A stretch of 62,864 nt of DNA, filler included, from Stramenopiles sp. TOSAG23-2 (lineage: Eukaryota): the NCBI GenBank assembly GCA_900128395.1. It is 12 parts of 12 records of this genome, joined end to end, with 100 filler letters (N's around TTAATTAATTAA, not from the genome) between each part and the next. Parts side by side here need not be neighbours in the genome. Positions count along the whole stretch, not along the records: positions 52,500 to 57,632 come from LT650724.1; positions 57,733 to 62,864 come from LT650725.1; 10 more parts are not named here. One strand, given 5' to 3'. Each line of letters starts with the position of its first letter. Within the stretch, counting starts at the first letter, position 1. Made by a program: the position numbers and the translations under genes. Under the pieces are notes generated by a model. That model had not been told where the DNA came from and did not search any database. It saw only the letters and a list, made by a program, of their open reading frames with translations. This document shows, in pieces, positions 55,211 through 62,864 of the stretch.

Positions 55211-55779
55211 AATTTGAGGGGGAAGATTTCTTATCTTTCTCTGGGGAGAATTAAAAATAAAAGTGTGGGGTGTGTACACAATTGCATTATATGGTGAACA
55301 TGTAATACTTCTCTCAGCCGTAATTATTTAAAATATGGTGTGTATAATACCGTACGTATATATTTATTTTTTTACTACTTCTGGGGAGAGAATATAAATA
55401 TTCTATAAATGTTTTTCTGAGAGAAGGACTTTTGGACTTCCAGTTGTAAAATAAAATTATAGTATACTCATAAGTATAAATTACACATATATTTTACTAT
55501 CTAATTGCACTTCAATACTTCAATGCGACTATATATCCATGGATATAGAATATATTCGTACTTCTTTCTAAAAACTTTAAAACGATGATGCGTATTATAA
55601 ACTAAAACACGCATTTTTTGTATAATATATTTCGTAGTTTAACATGGCGTTGATTCGTCGTGTGCAATTTATTTATGATATATATATATATATATATGTC
55701 ATATACATGTGATAATTCATCATATTTTATTTTAAAAAATATAAAAAAACGTGTTTGTCTCCATAAACTTTTTGTTCAA

Positions 55780-56533
55780 TTAACATATTTCCATTGCATC
55801 ACGTAATAGCGTTTCATCTTCTTTTTTCACAAACCTTCCTTTCACTACGTAAAGTATATAATATAAATATTATGTGTGTGTAATATATTTTGTTAGAGAT
55901 ATTAATTGTGTGAATTATTGTATATATATATTATGACATTGACTAATATATACATTTTTATAAAAAAAGTAAAAACATACCTCGTAATCGACTATCAGCA
56001 AAATTTTTCCTAACATCATATTTTACGCGTTTGACCCATACACGAGTCTTGCGTTTTGCTAAATAACGATCAATGCGTTTACGTCGTGATCTTGGTGAAT
56101 ATATACCAACAGAATTGCGCTGAACAGAATTTTGTAGCCGAAAAGCATTTATATTTGCATATTGTTGCTGCTGATGAAATGATACCGTATCGTTGTTATA
56201 TAAGTGATTATTATTATTTATATTCTTTCTGTTATTACTATTGTTGTGATGGATAAAACCTTCACTAAACGCACGTCGTCTATTTACAGGACTTAAAATG
56301 GAAGCAAACTCTTCGATCTCCTGCAGCTCTTGCCTGGTTACTCTAAATGATTCATATTCATTTGAAGTATTTTGTGAAAATTGGCTTGGAGTATTAAATA
56401 CAGTTGCAGGCGAAGGTGTTTCCGGTTGTTGTTGACTTGTTAATGATAACAAAGCAGCTATAGCATCTTCATGATAATTACTCATGGTAACCGCGACGGA
56501 GGCGGATCTTGGTCTATTTGCTTGCATTAACAT
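55780..56533 (-). CDS. CCT-motif protein, join(55981..56533, 55780..55844)
   Basis: RRKRIDRYLAKRKTRVWVKRVKYDVRKNFADSRLR is completed by VKGRFVKK after splicing out 55845-55980. Confidence 0.88.
55845..55980 (-). other. Spliceosomal intron (136 nt, phase 1)
   Basis: GTATGT donor, CTAAC branch candidate, TAG acceptor; splicing restores the conserved RVKGRF. Confidence 0.88.
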
Positions 56534-57248
56534 ATTGTGATATTTATTTATATAATAATGTCTTTGCACTTATGAATGTTTGTCGCGCCTCTATTACTTG
56601 TCTGTTATATATATAAATATGTACGTATATATATATATATATGTATTCTACACCACACACAGACTGATATAAATGAATCTTAATGTACGTATATATACAT
56701 ATATGCACGGGTAAACAGAGTATATAAATGTGCAAATTACAACAAAACGATAATGATGTGTACATGGTAGAGACGAAGAAAATTTTAAAAAAAGTAATCC
56801 GATTATTTAACGTTTTTGATACCAAGTACATAGGCTGTAATAGCATTAACATCAGGAGGCACCTGATGACTTGAAGCAAATTTAAAAATGCTTCTCGTCT
56901 TTAATACTACTTGTTGTATACTATGAAACAAATACATACATGCATATAGCACCTAACATATAGGATCGATAATCGACATGGACTGTGAACAGAAATACAG
57001 TAGCACAGACAGTAGAAAGGAAGAAAGGAAGTGTTCGCTGATATAATAATAATAGCTAAATATTAAAACACTGTATCACAATGGCAAGGAATTAAAAAAA
57101 ATATATTAATCTTTTGTGTGCGTTTAAAGACACAAACGCGCTCCACACACGCACTCTTCTCCCTCTCTCCTTTTTACAAATATAATACTTCTCTTCTCTT
57201 TGCTTTTATTACCTAACCTATTAATTTTATTTTTGACGCATACTATAT

Positions 57249-57632
57249 TTATAAAATATTAACTGAATATACAGGCATACCTTTTGACATTGTACGTGCA
57301 GATAAACTTAAATGCAAATTACCTTGTCGTTCTACTTGTCTACACATAGCATCTTTTTTAACATGCCCACTAGTATCCATACGTTCAAAAAATGCACATA
57401 ATTGCTCACGACGTACAGAGACGGCATCAGGATGGTATGCAAAGATGGATGATTGTGTATTTTTAACTGGCACAGCTGGTACAAAGCCTTTTGCACGGCA
57501 ACCACTTGCTACATTCAACATGACAAATGCTTTTTCAGTCGTTTTTACTTGTGCTAACGATGACCATTTCATTGCTTGTTTCAATGGAGAATTATCGTCC
57601 CACAATATTTTAAATGCTGCGCGTACTGAGTC
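57249..57632 (-). CDS. 3' fragment of an unknown protein
   Basis: Frame open from the contig end, globular-looking composition, no recognised motif. Confidence 0.5.
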   Translation of the reverse strand, partial: DSVRAAFKILWDDNSPLKQAMKWSSLAQVKTTEKAFVMLNVASGCRAKGFVPAVPVKNTQSSIFAYHPDAVSVRREQLCAFFERMDTSGHVKKDAMCRQVERQGNLHLSLSARTMSKGMPVYSVNIL

Positions 57633-57732
57633 NNNNNNNNNNNNNNNNNNNNNNNNNNNNNNNNNNNNNNNNNNNNTTAATTAATTAANNNNNNNNNNNN
57701 NNNNNNNNNNNNNNNNNNNNNNNNNNNNNNNN
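57633..57732. other. Artificial contig linker
   Basis: N44-TTAATTAATTAA-N44. Confidence 0.99.
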
Positions 57733-57837
57733 TTCATTAATGGTTGGCATGACGATCAATCAAAACGACCAACTGCGATGGAAATTGAAACACTTTTGAA
57801 GAGATTAAAACTGGAAATTGAGAACAAGAATGTGTGA
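57733..57837 (+). CDS. C-terminal fragment of a TKL-type protein kinase; not in the ORF track
   Basis: My translation FINGWHDDQSKRPTAMEIETLL...* resembles kinase subdomain XI (CWxxDPxxRPT). Confidence 0.6.
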   Translation, partial: FINGWHDDQSKRPTAMEIETLLKRLKLEIENKNV

Positions 57838-57870
57838 TGTACAAACACTTTGTATAAAATATTTTTTTTT

Positions 57871-59070
57871 TTAATTCTCTTCTTCTTCCTTTTCTTCCTC
57901 TTCTACTTCTTCCTCTTCTACTTCTTCCTCTTCTTCTTCATCATCTTCTTCTTCTTCCTCTTCTTCTTCTTCATCTTCTGAACTTATATACCAACCAATC
58001 TTCATCATGATGATTTGCAATTCCACCTTTTGAACGTAAAAGTGCAATGATTTCTTGGCGAATTGGACTATTATTATATTCATATGCCCAGTCCAGGGGA
58101 GTGCGACCCGTGAAGTCGGACCCGTCCTCTTTATTAATACTATCAAGAGGCATATTAGTTAATAACAATTCAATCAACTCAGTATTCGTTATGTTCTCCC
58201 AACATGCTGCATGATGCAAAGCATTCATTTCATAGGGGTAAGGAGTTGGATCAGCTTCATGTTCTTCAAGTAAATATTGAACTACTTGGAAATGTTCTTC
58301 TCTTACAGCTGCAATTAAAGGTGTACAATTAATACCACTACTATCTTTACCTTCTTGACTCGCGTATTCTTTCAATGTCATATCATCGCTGTAGACATTC
58401 ATATCACGATTAGTAACATACTTATGAAAAGAATGAAGATTCACAAATAATTCTACATCATCCATTCGTCCATGTTCACATGCACATACGAAAGGTGTTG
58501 GTATTTCATCTTCCACATCTGTACCAAACTCATTTTTATATCTTTCAATTAATAAATAAAGTCTTCTCGCTGGGTGTGAAAGTATCATCTCATTTATACT
58601 TCGTCTACCTTTATAATCAATACTCAAGGCTTCATCACGTACACGTTCAAAATCATCACATCCAAATCTTTTTCTACATTGTTGTATCAAAGAAGATCGT
58701 TTCACATTACATAATGATCTAATATCTAAATATAGAAATATTTTTGTCATTATGCCGCAGGCAGACTCAAAGCCAGCTGGTAAAAGACAAATCTACCTTT
58801 ATAATCAATACTCAAGGCTTCATCACGTACACGTTCAAAATCATCACATCCAAATCTTTTTCTACATTGTTGTATCAAAGAAGATCGTTTCACATTACAT
58901 AATGATCTAATATCTAAATATAGAAATATTTTTGTCATTATGCCGCAGGCAGACTCAAAGCCAGCTGGTAAAACTAATATACCAATTTCAATAGGTTCTG
59001 CACGTTCTTCTTCCAACGCTTCAATCGTTGATTGTTTCAACCTTTTCGCGGGTCTCGTAGTCGCCATCAT
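57871..59070 (-). CDS. F-box-like + ankyrin-repeat protein with an acidic tail; split by a duplication and an apparent 1-nt frameshift
   Basis: LPAGFESACGIMTKIFLYLDIRSL (F-box-like); ankyrin repeats TPFVCAC, TPLIAA, NALHHAA, TPLDWA. Removing 188 bp fuses ORFs 59070 and 58750; deleting one base near 57997 gives DEDGWYISSEDEEE... Confidence 0.72.
58604..58973. repeat. 182-bp tandem duplication with a 6-bp spacer inside the CDS
   Basis: 58604-58785 equals 58792-58973; spacer GACAAA. Confidence 0.93.
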
Positions 59071-59477
59071 ATATATATCTTGACTATATATCTATCTATC
59101 TTTACTATCTACCAATCTATCTATTATAATATATTCTTAGTCGACACACACTTCAATATAAATGTGTACAAAATTCTTAGTTCAAAAATTCATTAATTCA
59201 TTTTTATTATTATTAGAGCTTCGATATCTACATATAGGAAATGAAATTAAACAATAATAGTAAAAGTTCACTTAAGTACAATAATTAAAATATTTTTTTA
59301 TATTAGAAAGACAAAACTACTGTACATACAAACTCTCAAAACATCCCCCCCTTCCCCCCCCTTCTCTAACTACTGTTCGTCAAAAGTTCTCTATTCAAAC
59401 ATGAATAAAACCCTTCCTAGTATATTGCAATAAACTACAACATCTCAACAATGTACTATATGCAAACTATAATATAA

Positions 59478-62400
59478 TCAAAACGCCTTTCCCGACAACA
59501 ACACAACTTTTCGTTCCCCGCCACCATTTTTCCACGCCAATAACGAATCGGCAAATGACTTCGCTTGGTTTGGTTTAAATCTTATTGCTATTGTACGACT
59601 TTCATTGCCTTTTAATTCAAATTTAATACTTTTCAATCCATTTAAAATATGAACCACCATTTTTCCACGCCAATAACGAATCGGCAAATGACTTCGCTTG
59701 GTTTGGTTTAAATCTTATTGCTATTGTACGACTTTCATTGCCTTTTAATTCAAATTTAATACTTTTCAATCCATTTAAAATATGAAATGGACTTTTCTTA
59801 TCTTTCACGGCCAATACAATTGGACAAGATACTTTCGACGTATTTGTAATAATTAATTGTCTTGTCACAAATTTACCGAGTAATATTTGTTTAAAGTTAA
59901 GATCACGTTTATTAAATTTAAATGGTATATTTAATTTTGACGTTTCATTACTTTTGACTAGCATATATGCTTTTACGTAATCATCTTTCTTTGTCCCATT
60001 TCGTTTTTTATTTGATTTCATTCGTTTTTTTCTTCCAACCAATGAAGTTGATTTATAATTATTTTTTCTCATTTTTGTTCTTGCCCTACCTTTAATTTGC
60101 CTTCGTTTTGCCATTTGTGTAATAAGAGGCGGTGATATCTTCGATGGTTTACGAGAACATCCTCCAATTGCTATTCTTGTTTGTATTGGTAATTTCAATT
60201 TAGATCCATTTGCTGTTAAAATTAAAAATGCTCTAGACGATAAATTTGCTATAGGTTTGTAACGTATGGTAACATGCTGCACTCCCTTTGCAGGCAATAC
60301 AATCAATTCATCAGATGTGATATCAAACACATTTACATTTGGTTTGCCCGGCAAGTGCACATGTGCTACGCGGCATCGTACACTTAAATCAAAATCAACT
60401 ACATTATGAATTGTAAATAATGCTTCTGCTATTGAACCTTGGTCTACGGCACCAAATTGTATACCTGTTTCTTGGCATCGAATTACTTGTTTTTTATTGA
60501 AATGTTCAGCATTTAATAAATTTTTTGCTCCTGGCTGTTTACGAACTTGTTTCTTATTGGTACGATTCATTTTTGCATATTGTTTCATGTTATTATTTTG
60601 ACCAATGCATCCTTCTAAATTGATTATATGGGTTTGATTTGAAGATGTACATTTCAACATTAATTTTGCACGAACAACATGTTGATGATGGTTCAACCCG
60701 ACTTCTTTTGCATATTTCATATGTTCATACGGTACATATAACACACGGATTGCATCCGTTTGAAATGGTGATATGGAAACTTCAGATATATCGCAATTGA
60801 AACAAAATGCAGATCTTGGTTCGTTTGTCATTGGTACGATTTGTGCTTTAAATTTAACGATATTGCAACCACCATTACGCAATGGCAAATCCATCGTAAC
60901 TGGTTGGCCGTCACAAGACGTAAGAGATATTTCATTCATTCCAGGAGGAATTTGTAAATTATTCTTTGGTGCCAATTCAACATGTACTGGTAAACGTGTC
61001 GTGATAGCGTTGTCGTTATCATCACCATCTTCATCGTCTTTTGTAATATCGTGTGTAGCATTTAGTTTTTTTGTGAATTCAATATTTATGAATGCTTTTA
61101 TTTTCCCATACGTTAATTTGGATATTGATTTATTACTTTTACCTGTTTTAAATTGAAATGGAAGACGTGTTTTTTTTTTATTTTTATTTTTCTTCTTTAT
61201 CTTTTTTCGCTTCCCTTCCACGTTATTGCGATGGTGGTGTGGTGTAAAAATGACCCAAATCAAAGATGATTTACAACGATTTAAATATGAAGACGATTTG
61301 ATAAAGATAGATTTCGATGGTTGAAACTTGTAAACTTTATCATTAATACCATAGGTACCAGCTTGTTGAATTTCAAATGTACCAAAATTTTTCTTCTTCG
61401 GTTCCAATACATCAATCGATATATCACCATCATAATCATTGTAAACAATACGTAATGGTATTTTTGCAATATCATCGTAACCAATAATACCAAGCTCAAG
61501 GTTTCCTGATGGTTCAACGGTAGGATAATACTTAATGATTTTTTCTTGTTTTTGTTCTTCCATTTCAACAACATCTGCTTCAGTATCACTAAATCGTACA
61601 GCATTAGTTTTTGTAGCATCACCATTGACTATATTGCCTAGTGGCATGGAACGTTCAATAAAATATTTTTGTACAGAATCTTTCTCTTTATTTGTTTTCG
61701 GCAAATTATTTACAACATCTTTTTCCCATGCTTGCCTATTACTCCTTTTATTCACATCGCTACTGTTTTTGTTTTTATTATTTATATTATTCATGCCTAA
61801 ACTAATTTTTAAATTGTCATCAATGGGATTTTTATTTTGATTACTATTATTATTGTTATTATCGTCCATTTTGATCACGCTATTGTTATTTATATTTTTA
61901 TTATTATTATTCCTCAATGAGTTATTATTGTTGGTAGAAGTATCACCTTCACCACTTGCTCCACTTGCTCCCCATATATGATCATTTGCAATCATACCAA
62001 CACTTTGCTTCGTATCATTTGTACTTTTTTGACTTTCATTTAAAGATGAAGCAACGAAACTGCCTCGAAGGGAAAATTTATGTTCAGAATTGAAAGATGC
62101 TTCGCCATCATCTAATATTTTCAAAGCTTTATCACCACTAACAAAATTTCCACTCTCCCCATGTACATACGATACCCAACCAAATTTAGATTTTTTCATC
62201 CCATCGGTATTGGTTACCGTATTTTCCGTCATTGAAATATTATTCATATCCAACCTATCAATAATATCTATATCCACTTTGTTATTATTATTATTATTAT
62301 CGTCACTAGTATCTTGACTATTGTTGTTATTATTATTATTACTATCGCTATTTGTAGTAGTAGCAGTAGATAATTTTCTAGTTTGATTTAATACGGCTTT

Positions 62401-62864
62401 TGTTTTTGCACCTGGTGCATATGATTGCCACATAAATTCTTCTGGGCTTATGCCAGAGGAAGACATTTTTCTTGCGATTAACTCTGGCGGTGGCGAGTTT
62501 TTAGCCATACTATTAAACATACGATTTGTACTTTCAGGTTCAAAGGTTCCTAATTCATTAGTTGGGCTAACTGATAGTTGCACGGATGGACTTTCACTAC
62601 TATTATTATTATTAATATTTTGGTCATATCTCCCATTAGAATTATGAAATTTTAATAATGGAGAGTCGTTATTCGTACTAGATGATGCTAATGAACTATT
62701 AATAGACGATGACAATGATATCTCATCTCCGGAACCACCACTTCCAAATAAATATTGCCTAAAGTTGGTACTACTACCACCAGTAGTGGATTTTTCGTTA
62801 TTATTCGTCTCATTACTACTACTATTATTACGTTTTAATCTTGCATCTAAATCACTTAACGTTA
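59478..62864 (-). CDS. ASH (ASPM/SPD-2/Hydin) Ig-like domain protein, Cep192/SPD-2-like; 5'-truncated; C-terminus disrupted by a duplication
   Basis: Disordered N-terminus then repeated Ig-like units (LPLRNGG, IQFGAV..FTIHN..VTIRYKP, LNFKQI..LIITN..IAIRFKP). Frame open to the window end; collapsing the duplication gives the end GGGERKVVLLSGKAF*. Confidence 0.65.
59521..59786. repeat. Exact 133-bp tandem duplication inside the CDS
   Basis: 59521-59653 equals 59654-59786. Confidence 0.95.

Overview
This window is not continuous genome. It is 12 unrelated contigs joined by an artificial 100-nt linker (N44-TTAATTAATTAA-N44) and ordered by decreasing length (5163, 5162, 5157, 5153, 5152, 5146, 5145, 5143, 5143, 5135, 5133, 5132 nt), so gene order across linkers is meaningless. 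The DNA is AT-rich, intron-poor and eukaryotic: standard code, poly-Asn tracts, and a few GT-AG introns with TACTAAC/CTAAC branch points. The gene content fits a flagellated protist; a heterotrophic stramenopile single-cell or metagenome assembly is my inference only. Recognisable genes include an ETNPPL/PHYKPL-type aminotransferase, a SAM-kinesin-13 (KIF24-like), a second kinesin, a JmjC hydroxylase, ABHD17, a HECT domain, a ferric-reductase-like membrane protein, several ankyrin/TPR/LRR proteins, a PCIF1-type cap methyltransferase, a DGQHR protein, Pol5/MYBBP1A, Nup155, FPGS/FolC, a TDY MAP kinase, a CCT-motif protein and an ASH-domain (Cep192-like) protein. The most notable observations are: (1) a PCIF1 with no evident WW domain and a possible CID instead; (2) two TA-flanked MITEs with palindromic TIRs, one inserted in a hairpin repeat whose empty site lies nearby; (3) an ankyrin family seen twice, once with an F-box-like N-terminus; (4) a eukaryotic DGQHR protein; (5) six 96-188 bp tandem duplications, three of which break genes and are probably assembly artefacts. 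I found no CRISPR array, rRNA or tRNA, and no multi-gene novel system can be claimed from such short contigs.
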